From Octopus vulgaris (lineage: Eukaryota), in NCBI GenBank assembly GCA_951406725.2, contig OX597818.1, positions 26,722,001 to 26,786,000 of the forward strand: 64,000 bases of DNA, read 5' to 3'. Under the pieces are notes generated by a model that worked only from the letters and a program-made list of their open reading frames with translations, made no database searches and was not told the DNA's origin. The position numbers and the translations under genes are program-made. This document shows positions 29,040 through 42,089 of the stretch, one piece after another; the first letter of the stretch is position 1; every line of letters starts with the position of its first letter.

Positions 29040-29340
29040 AATTGGTTACTACAATGAGGATCCCAGCTGATACGATCCCTGCTTGCTCATGAAATTAACG
29101 TGCAAGTGGCTGAGCACTCCACAGACATGTGTACTCTAAATGTAGTTCTCAGGGAGATTCAGCATGACGCAGAGCGTGACAAGGCTGGCCCTTTGAAATA
29201 CGAGTACTAATCATTTTTGCCAGCTGAGTAGACTGAAGCAACGTGAAATAAAGTGTCTTGCTCAACGTATTGCCGGGAATTGAACTCATGACCTTATAAT
29301 CGTGACTTGAATACCCTAACCACTAAGGCACACACCTTCA
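29040..29340 (-). mobile_element. tRNA-derived SINE, second family (OK-like)
   Basis: gtgcaagtggctgagcactccacagac...gggagattcagc...aaagtgtcttgctcaa; homologs at 33085-33395 (-) and 41210-41519 (+). Confidence 0.8.
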
Positions 29341-29359
29341 TATATATATATATATATAT

Positions 29360-29510
29360 GGGTACAGGTGGGGTTGTGTGGTTAAGAAGTTTCCTCCCCA
29401 AGCACATGGCTTAAGGTTCAGTTCCATTGTTTGCATCCAGAGCAAGTGTCTTCTACTATAGTTCCAGACTGATCAAAGCCTTGTGAATTGGTTTCATAGA
29501 AGCTCATCAC
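29360..29510 (+). mobile_element. CORE-like SINE 5' part
   Basis: ggttgtgtggttaagaagttt...ggttcagttcc...gcaagtgtcttctactatag. Confidence 0.7.
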
Positions 29511-29512
29511 AT

Positions 29513-29549
<37 letters not shown>

Positions 29550-30948
29550 AACAAACGATGAATGAAAGTTAAAGCAATTGTCATAATCATTTAGATAAAT
29601 TAATAGACATGTCAGTCTTCCGTGGATAAAATTGGTTAAGAATCTACTTTATCATTTTCCTTTGAAGAACTCTTAGAGTGAAAACTGATTGGAATGTAAT
29701 GCAAAAATTATTTCATATATCTAAATGAAATACATTTGTTATTTGTCTTAATTTTTCTAAAAAAGTTTATGACAATTGCTTTTACTTCATTGTGCATTTT
29801 CATCTTTTCTCTTGCTATATAATATGACTTGTAGAGAAACTTTTAACTTTATCAATATATGTAATTGTGTTAGAGAGAGAGAGTGTGTGTGTGTGTGTGA
29901 GTGCATTTCTTTATTTTGACATCATGAGATAATTGTGAATGTAACACAAGCAATGTCATTAATTACAAATGTCCTGCAGAAACATGTCTTTCCATGGAAA
30001 TAGGTGAGACTGCTTATCACAGGAAGAGCATCTAACCATTAAAAAATCTGCCTCAATAAACACCATACAACCCCTACTAGCTTGAAAAGGTGGATGTTAA
30101 AATGAGGAGGTATATATGTGTGTGTATATATATATATATTATATATATATGTATATATATATATATATTATATATATATGTATATATATATATATATATC
30201 ACCAGCATCAGCATCATTTTACATCCCTATATTCCATACACCCATGGGTTGGATGGTTTGATAGGATCCAGCTATCCTGAGGATTGCACTGGTCTCCAGT
30301 GTCTGTTTTGGCAAGGTTTCTGTGGCTGGATGCTCTTCTTAATGCCAACCATTTTAAAGACCATATTGGGTACATTTTTCATAGTAGTAAAGATGATAAG
30401 TAACTCACAAGACAAAACCCATTGACAGTATAGAGGTGCAGTATTGAGTGTGGTGGCTTTTGTGTTAATTGATAAGTCTGTTAACAGGAAAAGCAGAAAA
30501 AACTGCCTTAACAAACTTTGTCTGACCTATATAGTGTGTGTACTCACGCATGCAACATGATGGTAATTTCTTTGTGTCTGAAGATCATGAGAGAGCAGCA
30601 TGCCCTGAAGTGGTTATGTAAACTGATCCTCAGTAGTTTTAAAGTGAGGGTCAGTCCATACAATTTTTAAAGTTAGAGATCTGACTACAATGGCTTTGCT
30701 GGCTCAGCAAGCTGTGGGATTTACATTGGAGTAGCCTTCTTGGTAAATTGCCTTACAGGGCTGGGGAGCTCCACCTACCCTGGAGTTGCCAGAAGGGTTT
30801 CAAAGAGGCTGAAGGATTCCGATCCTTGATTTGCTGTTAAGGTTAACTCTCCAAGCCTTTTCCTTTCTCAAGGCATTCACAAGGCAATGAGAATGTATAT
30901 ATACACACAAACATGTATATATAAATGTGTGTGTGTGTGTGTAAGTAT

Positions 30949-31024
<76 letters not shown>

Positions 31025-31417
31025 ACAAGACTGGAAAATATTTTCTGAAATAATTCACTTATAGCATCATTACATGTGTTTCAGTGAAGATTGCAAAACT
31101 GAATTACATGAGCTTAGGCCAATGTAATTATTAGTTTCATATTTTCTGGATTCAAGTGTTTTGTTTTTCCCATTATATATATGTAAAACAGAGAAAGAAA
31201 GGAAGAAAAAAAAGATAAAGAAAAAAAGATGGGTACTCCAGTGTTATTTCTTCTATATGTACTTTGATCATTATAACTATGGAGACCACTAGCTAGAAAA
31301 TTTGATTAAATACCATGAACTCTTTCCATGGGTTTCTCTTTAAGGACGTAGAAAAAGAAGTAGAATGCTAAATACTGATTACATGTTGTGCTCCTTAACT
31401 CATTCTATATGTGTATA

Positions 31418-31766
31418 CAGTAGCGGACTGGCCAGGTTACCAGCTTGCCTGATGGCAAGTGGGTCCCTACGCCATTAGAATCCATATATGGAGACCCATG
31501 TTAGTATCTAAGGGGCCACTCCCCTCAAGTCTGAGAATTTTTTATTCACTCCTGGAAGAATGCATTAATTATTTCAGCCTGGCTGTGTTTGTAGACGGTT
31601 GAAAGGAATACTTTTGACAGAAAAAAAATTAAATGATAGCTTTGTAGTTGTGGGTGGGCCCCCTTGTTGTTGCAAGTGGGCTGCCTTTTATTTGCGTGTG
31701 GGCTCCCTTGTAGTCGTGGAAGGGCTCCCTTGGGCAATCAATATTTTTAGACCCAGTCCACCACTG
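31418..31766. mobile_element. hAT-like MITE
   Basis: TIRs cagtagcggactgg / ccagtccaccactg; possible 8-bp TSD tgtgtata/tgtgcgta. Confidence 0.65.
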
Positions 31767-31864
31767 TGTGCGTACATTTATATATATAGATAGATATCTG
31801 TGTGTGTATATATATATATATATAACATATATATATAAAACATATCTAACATATATATCATATG

Positions 31865-31910
<46 letters not shown>

Positions 31911-32058
31911 TATTTAAGTAGTTGAATAAATTATCCTAGTATTGATAATTAGGTTAATCGATACCTGGGTAGCAAATTCACGTCAGAAAACACGGTTGAA
32001 GCTACATGCCAAGGGCAGAAACCCCGTGTTCTTGTGTGGTAATTTGTGTGTTTTTTTT

Positions 32059-32288
32059 ATATGAATAAATGAAAGAATGGAGTCGAACGAAGTTTTTAAC
32101 AAAATTCCTTTACTCTCAACACATGTTTCGAAGATTGCATACTCTTAATTCCGAAGGAATAAAGTGTGCATTATGCCGTCTTCTCATCAGGAAAGACAAG
32201 GAACCTCTATCAGCCTCAAGACGAACAAAAACTTTTTTATGACTGCCTATATGGTGTCGTTCGACTCCATTCTTTCGTTTATTTATAT
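32059..32288 (-). mobile_element. 230-bp element with about 32-bp terminal inverted repeats enclosing an HHR
   Basis: atatgaataaatgaaagaatggagtcgaacga / tcgttcgactccattctttcgtttatttatat. Confidence 0.82.
32113..32195 (-). ncRNA. Type I hammerhead ribozyme, intact core, extended stem II
   Basis: ctttc-CTGATGA-gaaga...tcttc-GAAAC-ATGT-GTT-gagag. Confidence 0.82.
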
Positions 32289-32365
32289 ACATATATATAT
32301 ATACACACATATATATCATATTTATATATATATATATAATATACACATATTGTATATACTAAATA

Positions 32366-32635
32366 TGCCAGTACCACATAAAAAGCACCAACTGATCGTG
32401 GCTGTTGCCAGCCTCCTCTGGCCCCTGTGCCGGTAGCACGTAAAAAGCACCCACTACACTCACGGAGTGGTTGGCGTTAGGAAGGGCATCCAACAGTAGA
32501 AACACTGCCAGATCAGACTGGAGCCTTGTGCAACCTCCTGACTTCCCAGACCTCTGTTGAACCATCCAACCCATGCTAGCATGGAAAACGGACCTTAAAC
32601 GATGATGTTGATGATGATGATGATGATGATGATGA
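32366..32635 (+). mobile_element. RTE-type 3' UTR/tail with (ATG)n
   Basis: gtaaaaagcacccactacactcacggagtggttggcgttaggaagggcatcc...catgctagcatggaaaacggaccttaaacgatgatg. Confidence 0.85.
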
Positions 32636-32699
32636 TATATATGAGCAGGTGTAGATGGATAGTTGATAATAGTCATAGTCATTACTTAAAGTTTCATAG

Positions 32700-33000
32700 A
32701 CAAGGATGCAAGTGTCAGATTAATAAGTTTAACTTCCCAACTACATGGTTTCCAGTTCAGTCCCACTGTACAGCACTTTTAGCAAGTATCAACCAAAGCC
32801 TTGTGAATGAATTTTACAGAAGGAAATTGAAAAGAAAGTGTCATATATATATGCAGGTGCAGGCATGGCTATGTGGTCAGAAGTTTGCTTCCCAATTGCA
32901 TGATTCCAGGTTCAGTCCCACTGCATGGCACCTTGAGCAAATGTCTTCCACTATAGCCTTGGGAGTAGATTTGGTAAATGGAAACTGAAAGATGCCCATC
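32700..33000 (+). mobile_element. Two tandem partial CORE-like SINEs
   Basis: Two gttcagtcccactg heads, at about 32755 and 32910. Confidence 0.7.
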
Positions 33001-33019
33001 ATATATATATATATATATA

Positions 33020-33057
<38 letters not shown>

Positions 33058-33084
33058 TGTGTGTGTCTTTGTGTGGTACTCCAT

Positions 33085-33395
33085 CAGTTACAATGACTAG
33101 GGTTACATCTGATCCGATCATCAGACCAATCTACTTGTGAAATTAATGTGGAAGTGGCTGAGCACTCCGCAAACACATGTACCCTTGACGTAATTCTCAG
33201 GGAGATTCAACATGACACAATGTGACAAGGTTGACTCCTTTTGAAATACAGGTACTACTCACTTTTGCCAGCTGGGTGGATCAGTGCAATGTGAAATAAA
33301 GTGTCTTGCTCAAGGACACAACAAGTCACCAGGTATTGAACTCATGACCTTACAGTCATGGGCCGAATGCCCTAACTACTAAACCACACACCTTC
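33085..33395 (-). mobile_element. tRNA-derived SINE (OK-like)
   Basis: Homologous to 29040-29340. Confidence 0.8.
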
Positions 33396-33751
33396 ACACA
33401 CACACACACGCATACATACATATATATGCACACATACATACACACACATACATATATATACATACATACATACACACACACATATACACACATGCATACA
33501 CATACATACATACATACATCCATACACACATATATACACACACATACATGTACATATATATATATATATATATACACACATAGATACATACGTACACACA
33601 CACACACACACAAATATGCACACATACATACACACACATACATACATACACACGCATACATACACATACTCACACACATATATACATACATACATATATA
33701 AATATATATATATATACATATATAAAAATATATGCATACATATATAAATAA

Positions 33752-33805
<54 letters not shown>

Positions 33806-33810
<5 letters not shown>

Positions 33811-34104
33811 CCTCTCGAGCCATGCCTGGCTCATAAGGGCCAGTTTCCCGGTTTCCTTGGCGTATAGGTTCCCCACCTGAACGGGACGCTGGTCCGTCGC
33901 AGGTGAGCTGCAAGATGCAGGAGGAAAGAGTGAGTGATAGTTGTGGTGAAAGAGTCAGCAGAAGTTCACCATTACCTTCTGCTGGAGCTGCGTGTGGAGC
34001 TTAGGTGCTTCGCTCATAAATACACACATCGCCCGGTCTAAGATTCGAACCTGCGATCCCTTGACTGCGAGTCCGCTGCTCTAATCACTGGGCCATGATC
34101 CTCC
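33806..34104 (-). mobile_element. tRNA(Arg)-like-headed SINE with a V-domain-like core
   Basis: Minus strand: ggaggatcatggcccagtgattagagcagcggactcgcag...ggttcgaatc...ctgcgacggaccagcgtcccgttcaggtgg. Confidence 0.75.
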
Positions 34105-34769
34105 ATATATATATATATATATATATATATATGGAGGATCATGGCCCAGTGATTAGAGCATATATATATACATATATATATATATATATGGAGGATCATG
34201 GCCCAGTGATTAGAGCATATATATATATACATACTCTGTCAGTTAAATAAGCAGCCACAGTCACTTATGATGCTGATCATATTATCATCAAGAAGTAGTC
34301 ACGGGCTATGTTGCAAAGTTATCTGCAAGCAGGATGGAGAAAACTGTATGGAATTTAAAGTTGGAAAAATTTCAAACTTTTGCTTTCAGCCCACAAGCAT
34401 ACTACCACCAGAATACACAGAAATATGAGGAATTCTAATTTTGGGGTTTGGTTCAGGTGTATGACCTGTAAGTAAATATGCATCTTTTCATATAGATGTT
34501 ACTAAATTAGTAATGATGGGTAGAAGGTTAGCAAATGAATTCTAGGATCATTTAGAATGTGAAGGTGAGGAACTGTGCTGTTTCTGTGATGAACATTTTC
34601 CTTATCCATCCAGTCTTTTGTTCACAGATCTGGTCATCAAACTGTGTTAAACTAACACCTGAAGTAGAAGCAATTGTAAGTTGTCACACAAGGAAAATAG
34701 CCTCAATGCAACAGCTGGGCTATTAGAGCAGTTGAAAGCCCATAACTCTGCTCTTTGGAATGAAGATGA

Positions 34770-35050
34770 GAAAGATATGCAGTGATTCACATGTGGAAGA
34801 TCCTTGAGCACTAAACTTCAGTACTGAAAGCTATGTCAATCATCAACCTGGTAATTATTGCTTAATGCTGAAAGTCCTACCTTTTTCATCATATACCAGG
34901 ATCAGATACTGCAGCAGCTTAGGGCTCATAGGCTGCCAGATTTTCAAAGAGCTTGAGAAATCTACATGAAAAAGAAGTATTTAAGAAACTGCTGAATACT
35001 TTATAACCTGGGATCCTAGATGGATTAACATCATGGCATGAAACACAGTT
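34770..35050 (+). pseudogene. Highly decayed 3' part of the CR1-group LINE
   Basis: cacatgtggaagatccttgag...aacttcagtactgaaagcta...agatactgcagcagcttaggg parallels 21750-21940. Confidence 0.55.
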
Positions 35051-35139
35051 GAGGACAATGATATCAAACTCTCTCATCCATCAACAAGGGAAAGAGAGTT
35101 GTAGCAACAGTAATATTGGTAGTGTCTGTATACATGTAT

Positions 35140-36248
35140 GTCATCATCATCATCAACATCATCATCATCATTATCATCATCCTTTAATATCCAGCTTCCA
35201 TACTGGCATGAGTTGAGTGGTTTAACAGAAACTGACAAGTTAGAGGACTCCTTCATGCTCTGATGTCTACTTTGGCATGGTTTCTATAGCTGGATGTTCT
35301 TCCTAACACCATTCATATTACAGAATGTACTGGATTCTTTGTTGTAGTACTAGAATCTCTGATGGTTGCCTTAAGGCTAAGCACTCAAGGTGGCTCTTAT
35401 AACTGAAGGAGAGTGAGCAATGTTTGTAGATGGAGAAACAAAGGTGAGTGAAAGGATTAATGACAGGTTTTATTGAGAAAAAGGGATGGATAGAGTTGAA
35501 AGCTGATAGGAGAGTTGTATAAGGGAAGGTGTTAGGCTATCCAACATTATAAGGGGAAAATATGGGCAGAAGATGGAGGAGGAAAAGGATAAAAAGAGAG
35601 CAAATGACTAGGGTGAAGAGAATCCTGAGAGTCATTGAAGAAAAGAGAGGTGTAGAGGATTGTAGTGGTATGCCAGACCAGACGAAGAAAGACGAGAAGT
35701 GGTGTAGAGGAAGCAGGGAAGCAGTGGGGGAGAGGGCACTGAGAGAAAAAGCGGCAGAGGATGAAGAGAAGGAAGGAGACACTGCAGGGTACCATATGGG
35801 TAAGAGGAAGAGGAAGAGCATGGTGTGAATGTTGGGAAAGCATCGTTGAAGGGGAGTGAGAGACATAGGGAAAAACAGTGGGTAAGTACAGCAAGAGAAT
35901 GAAAGGCTTAGAGAATCTGAGAGGTAAGAGAATGAGTAACGAGAAATTGGGTTGCAACAGAGGTAACTTGGGCAAGAATGAACCATAAATGATGAATAGA
36001 TGGGAATCATGTAAGGCGATGGGATTGTAAGATGGACTTGGTGAAAAGCAGTATGGCACCCATGCCAGTGGCCTGTAAAAGCACCCATTACACTCTCAGA
36101 GTGGTTGGTGTTAGGAAAGGCATCCAGCCATAGAAAACCATGCCAAATCAGACTGGAGTCTGATGCAGCCTTCCAGCTTAACAGCCCTGGTCAAACCATC
36201 CAACCCATGCCAGCATGGACAATGGCCGTTAAATGATGATGATGATGA
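35140..36248. mobile_element. Two outward-facing RTE-type tails (35140-35400 minus, 36050-36248 plus) around a purine-rich tract
   Basis: (CAT)n at the left end, (ATG)n at the right end, both with the ggatg...cttcctaac motif or its reverse complement. Confidence 0.7.
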
Positions 36249-36329
36249 ATATATATATATATATTGCAGCTTTTTAACCACTACCTTTGTGTTAGGGTGC
36301 ATTTTTCTTGGGTGAACAGATCTTCTGTA

Positions 36330-36860
36330 ACATCACATATCATTAAACAGTACAGTCCAATGTCATCTCCATGGTATGTAGCATCTACAGGTTAGCTTTC
36401 ACTTTGTCCTAAGTCTTCTTTGGTCTCTCTTTTTATGCAGCAGTCATCCTTTATATGCATCACATGTCCATACCAGTCTCTTCTCTTGCACACTACATCT
36501 GATTCCCTCTTTTACCTGATTTTTGTCTGGGCTCGTCTGTACTCTGGTGCTCTATACTCTGGTATTCAAGCATATTAACATTACAAATACATTGCAGCAT
36601 GCTAGCCTCATTTCTTTCCAGTCTTCACAAATCTTCTGCATTCAAGATTCATGTCTCACTACTTACCATTCAGTATCACAGTTCTAACACAAGCATCATA
36701 CAATACATCCTTCACTTTGAAGGAAAATACCTTTGTTTCCAGCAGTAGTAGCAATAAGCATTGAAATTTTTTCAATCCATTCTTACCCTGGTTTGCATAC
36801 TTTCAGAGTAACCACCTTACCCTGATAATTATATCTCCTAAGTAACAAGACTTTCACCTG
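36330..36860 (-). pseudogene. Degenerate RTE ORF 3' part
   Basis: catcacatgtccataccagtctcttctcttgcacactacatc, homologous to 61485-61530. Confidence 0.6.
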
Positions 36861-37687
36861 GCAAGTCATATTTTGCATCTGCTAGTGACTCTGCATGCAA
36901 AGACTATAATTGATATGTATACCATAAAAAAGAAAACAATATACCAGACAGCCAAACTACATGTGGCATCAGACATTCCAAGAAAGCATTATTTATATGT
37001 GGACTAGAACTGTGATAGTTTGACCATGTCACTTATCAACATATTGAGTTGTACATTTTGTCATTGAGGAAAGACTTTATGATCATCAGTTAATCCAATT
37101 TCCTCATAAAAACAACAATCTACTTGTCTTGTGGGTTTACCTGACTGGTTCTTGATCAAGTGGCTAGTTGAATTCCTTAAGTCCATGTTGCTGCTGGTTT
37201 GTTCATTTGCACAGAAAACTCTAGGAAGCCTTGGTCCCTCCTCATTTCATGTTTTCCTGTGTAGTTCATTGAAGTCATTTATCATTATAATGGTGTCATT
37301 GACATTTGTTATCAAAGTTCATGAAAGAATCTCATAAAAGCAGTCTGTTTGTTTATCAATCAGTCCTCAAAATGGCACATAATCAGAGATAAAAACTAAT
37401 TAGTCTATGGTTAATTATTCCACCACATATACTGTTTATTTCATTTGCAGTATTAGCCTTGACTATGTTCAATATTTATAGAATTCAATATCTTCCCACA
37501 AATGCATGCTCACAAAACAAGAAAGCGAGTCGAAGTTTGAAAATAAAATTATACTACAGGGAACGACTCAAATTACTTACACATTATTGCAAGGTTTGTT
37601 GCACGTATATGTATGTGTGTGTATACACACTATACACACACATATATAGTGTGTATATATATACACTATATATATTATATATTTATA

Positions 37688-37720
<33 letters not shown>

Positions 37721-38118
37721 CAAATGGATGTCTTATAAAATTAATCCGCACATACAATAACATCTATACCAACAATCCAACACACCTCCATCATGAACTG
37801 CCCCACGGGTATCACTATGGTTTCGACACCTGGGCAATACCATTCAATCCGGTAGTGTCAACAGCACTAAAATAAATGTTGTTTGGAAACAAACATACCT
37901 TAGATATCACCAAATTCATTCAATCTTAATTCTAGGAAGGATTAAACACTAACATTATTAATTAAACTACAACAAAGAAACCACATTTATCCTATGTACA
38001 AAAACAGTATTGGTAAATTAATAATTCTATAAGTAAACCTATAACTAACTCCTAAATTATCTAACTATATAGCAACCTAGCCCTTGAAGGCCATACAAAT
38101 AATATTCATATATATATG

Positions 38119-38178
<60 letters not shown>

Positions 38179-38282
38179 TATATATATACACACACACACA
38201 CACGCACACACACACACGACTGCATGGTACCTTGGACAAGAGTCTGTTAAATTAGCCCAGAGCCAGCCAAAACCATCATATA

Positions 38283-38940
38283 TCATCATCATCATTATCA
38301 TTTAATGTCCGTTTTTCATGTTGGCATGGGTTAGATTGTTTGGCAAGAATTGGCAAGCCAGAGGGTTGTGCTGAGTTCTTTGTCCTATATTGACAAGGTT
38401 TCTATGCTGGATGCCCTTCCCAAAGCCGACCACTTTACAAAGTGTACAAGGTACTTTTTTTGGTGGCATCAGCACTGATGGGGTCACCAGGTAACTTGCA
38501 AGACAAGACAAAATCCCCTCAACTAGGGGGAGTAGTACTGAAGGAGATGGTTTTTGGTGGAAGGTTAAAAGAAGAACAGAGGGATAGAAATAGGTGCCTT
38601 GTTGTCGAAGAGATACAAGGATACCTCCAGTTGGAGAGATTTAGAGACAAAGATAGAGCAAGAGAGAATGAGAGAGATGGTAGTGTATATGTGTCAGGAC
38701 ATACCCTCAAGGTACAGTGTGGGATAAACATCAGCATAGTGACACTGAACATTGAACTGGGTGAGGTGGAAGGGAGCAGAGGGAAACGTTTCATAACACT
38801 GTAAGAAGAGATGGTTAGATGGCATAGAAGTGACTGTAGTAATTCAAGGTGAGTGATACATAAGAGTGACTCAGGGGGAGAGGAGAAAGCATGACTGGAT
38901 AATGAGGAATGGAAGTGATTCTGGAGTGTGGGAGGAAGGA
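38283..38940 (-). mobile_element. RTE-type tail plus purine-rich body
   Basis: (CAT)n...ggatgcccttccca...ccactttaca, then a GA-rich tract. Confidence 0.65.
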
Positions 38941-39169
38941 GATGTATACATACATCATACATTACATGTGTGTGTATGTATCTGTGTGTGTTATGTGTGG
39001 TGTGTATGTATGGATGCATATGTGCATGTGAATATGTGGGGGTGTATGTATATGTGTGTGTAGGATTAATATTCCCTCAAATAATTATTATATATATATA
39101 TGAATATACATATGTATGTAAATATATGCATAAATTATAGAAACAAAATCATTTTAATGCAACATGTCA

Positions 39170-39645
39170 GCAACTGGGAAAGGTTGAATAGCTGGAAAGA
39201 TATGCAGTGATGTACAGCTGGAAAGTCCTGGAAGGACTAGTGCCTAACTTTGACATTGAAAGTTACACAAACAGTAGGATGGGGTGCCACTGCACAGTGC
39301 CAAAGATCCCAACTTTGCCATCATGACACAGAACCAAATACTGCAACAGCTCAGTTTTCAAGGGCCCACATTTCTTCAAAATCCTCCCGCAAAAGCCTGA
39401 GAGACCTCCACAGGGTGGATGCAGGTGTTTTTAAAGCAAATCTGGATCTCCTTCTGTCAAGAGTTCCAGATGAACCAACCTCATGGCAGGAAAGGCAGAC
39501 AAGGGCAGCAACATCAAGCTCCCTCATTCACCAAATGCCACACATCAGAGGAGGTTTTAAATAGTGAAAGTGTAGCAAAGTCAATGACAGTGTGCCAGCA
39601 TGATCACAGCTCTCAAACTGAAACCAGTAAAAGATAAAAAAATAA
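39170..39645 (+). pseudogene. Older copy of the CR1-group LINE 3' end
   Basis: SLRDLHRVDAGVFKANLDLLLSRVPDEPTSWQERQTRAATSSSLIHQ versus NLRDLHGVDTDVFKMKLDLFLSGVPDEPTSRQEGQMRAAASNSLMHQ. Confidence 0.9.
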
Positions 39646-39787
39646 AATATATATGTATGTATGTATGTATGTATACATATATGTGCGTGTGTGTGTATAT
39701 GTGTGTGTGTGTATATGTATATATGTATGTATATATATATATATAAATGTGTTAATGACAACCTATAAATCTAGATTATATAAGCAC

Positions 39788-40305
39788 ATTATTATTATTA
39801 TTTAATGAAAACTCACATCTTATTTCGCTGGGTATGATGAGAAGTGTCAGCTGTCCACAGCCAGCAGACACTTCCCACACTTGTTTACTGATCATGCTTC
39901 AATAACTCTTACAATTAATTCCAAGCAATGATGATTTTTGTAGGTGTTCTATCTTTACATTTGTCCCAGTCTTTTTGATTCATGTTGGTAGTTGAGTGCT
40001 GATACTCCCAAGCATGCCAATTATTATTGGTATCCCATCCACTTTCTTCATTGCCTACAACTTGTGTATTTCCCACTTTAAATTGTCTTACTTGTTAAGT
40101 TTTTCTTCTCTCTCTCTCTCTCTGATCCTGTTGTCACCAAGACATGCTATGTCGATTATCATGCAAGTTTTTTCATTTTTGTCCACCTCAACAATGTCTG
40201 GTTTCCGATATTTGAACTGATGGTCACACTGAATCACTGCATCTCACAAGATTTTGCAGTCTTCATTCTCAGTAACTCCTTCTGGGATTTGGTCATAACA
40301 TGCCT
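39788..40305 (-). pseudogene. R4/Dong-clade non-LTR element: restriction-like endonuclease C-terminus, 3' UTR, (TAA)n tail
   Basis: Minus-strand translation PEGVTENEDCKIL*DAVIQCDHQFKYRKPDIVEVDKNEKTCMIIDIACLGD...IPIIIGMLG (PD..D RLE motif). Confidence 0.8.
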
Positions 40306-40672
40306 TTACTCTTTGTTAGCCTGGCAGAATCATTAGAATGCCAGACAAAGTGTTTAGCAGCATTCTATTTGTCTTTACGTTCTGGATTCAATTTCCACCA
40401 AAGATGGCATTGTTTGGCTTGGGGCTCTAGTAGAAGACATTTTGGCCACGGTTCCACACAGCGGGACTAAACCTGATACCACATGACTGCAAAGCAAGCA
40501 TACTAACCATACAACCATGCATGCAATGAAAATTGTTTATAATTCTAAAACAATTTTGAAAAATGTTTGGAAACTAGAGTGTCAGGAGGTGAAACATTAA
40601 TAGCATCAAGATCATTCTTGTAATGTGTGGAAATCGAAGTGCTCAGCAGAAAACCACTCATCTAAATATTGA

Positions 40673-40842
40673 TTTCAAATTTTGGCACAAATCCAGGAAT
40701 TTGGGGGAAGGGGTAAATCAATTACATCGACCCCAATTTTATCAACCCCAAAAAGGGAAATTGACCTCAGAATGTAAAGACCAATGAAATGCCACCAAGC
40801 ATTTTGCCCAGCATGTTCATGATTCTGCCAGCTTCACCACCT
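40673..40842 (-). mobile_element. Nin/Deu-domain-like SINE with 19-bp TSD
   Basis: TSD ccactcatctaaatattga at 40654-40672 and 40843-40861. Confidence 0.8.
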
Positions 40843-41080
40843 CCACTCATCTAAATATTGAAACTGCAATAAATGCAGTGATAAATAAATTTGATTTGGG
40901 GTTGAGAAGAGTTTCAACTCTATATAATATTAGATCTATATTTAGAATAACCTTGGCAGTTCTGAACATTTTCATGTCACTACCGCAAAATATTCAATAA
41001 TTTTAGTTTTACTAAAAGGTATATAAATACAGAAGTTGTGTGGGATTCCAAGACTTGAGCTTTCAATATAAAACTGGCCA

Positions 41081-41638
41081 TTAACCCTTTAGGGTTCACT
41101 GTACTCTATCACCTGTAATGCTTATTCATTTGCATTGTCTGGAATTAATCATGCATTATCTTGCAGCTTTGTGATTTTGATGATGTGTTATGCCTACAAT
41201 ACACTGTGTGGAGGTGCAATTGCCCAGTGGTCAGGGCAGCGACTTGCGGTTGTGGGATCACGGTTTCAATTCCTAGACTGGGTGTTGTGAGTGAAAACAT
41301 CTAATGCTCAATGAGGCACTCTTTCTTCTTGTTTCTGTTGTACCTGTATTTCAAAGGGCCAGCCAATTCACACACCATGTCATGCTGAATCGCCCAGAGA
41401 ACTACATTAAGGTTACAATGTCTGTGGAGTGCTCAGCCACTTACATGTTAATTTCACGAGCAGGCTGTTCCATTGATCGGATCAACTGAAACCCTCGTCA
41501 TAACCAACAGAGTGCCATGACAATGCACTGTCATTTTTAGAATTACTTTTTAGGGTAAGTGTAAGATGCTGGATCTGGCCAGTTTGGACATAAAACAGAA
41601 TATTTGGACTGGAAATAGTTTAAATGTTAAAGGGTTAA
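41081..41638. mobile_element. TTAA-type MITE interrupted by a SINE
   Basis: ttaaccctttag ... ttaaagggttaa; body homologous to 27834-28058. Confidence 0.75.
41210..41519 (+). mobile_element. tRNA-derived SINE nested in the MITE, 12-bp TSD
   Basis: TSD acaatacactgt 41196-41207 / acaatgcactgt 41520-41531. Confidence 0.8.
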
Positions 41639-42039
41639 TCAAAGTAGTATTATTTCTCAAGAAGCAATCCATCACCTGGCAATATTTGCCAGAGGAATAC
41701 ATTGACTGACATGGAAAAATTTGGGGCACTCTAGAAGCCTAAGTGTTCTGGTTTAAAAAAGCACACAAGTTGGTATGAGTGTAATTATGGGTATTATTGT
41801 ATCCTATTCTTTGTTATCTCCAGGGAAATTAGTAGTCTTGATGACATGTAATGTAAGTTTCCTAACTTTTCACTACATATCATTGCCTAGCCACAGCTGA
41901 TCTAAACAGCAGTCATGCACAGAAACACACACACACACACACACACGCACACACACACACACATACATCTTATGCATATGTGCATGTGTGTTATGCACAT
42001 GTACTTCTCAACAGCACAGCCATTCAACATACATACAAC

Positions 42040-42080
<41 letters not shown>

Positions 42081-42089
42081 TATTTATTA

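Noticed and set aside
35537-36088. 170-183 aa S/L/F/P-rich ORFs
   Set aside because: Compositional artefact of the purine-rich tract.
37805-37870. Possible minus-strand hammerhead (CTGTTGA...gtgtc-GAAAC)
   Set aside because: Core is mutated and I could not pair stem I or find a clean NUH.
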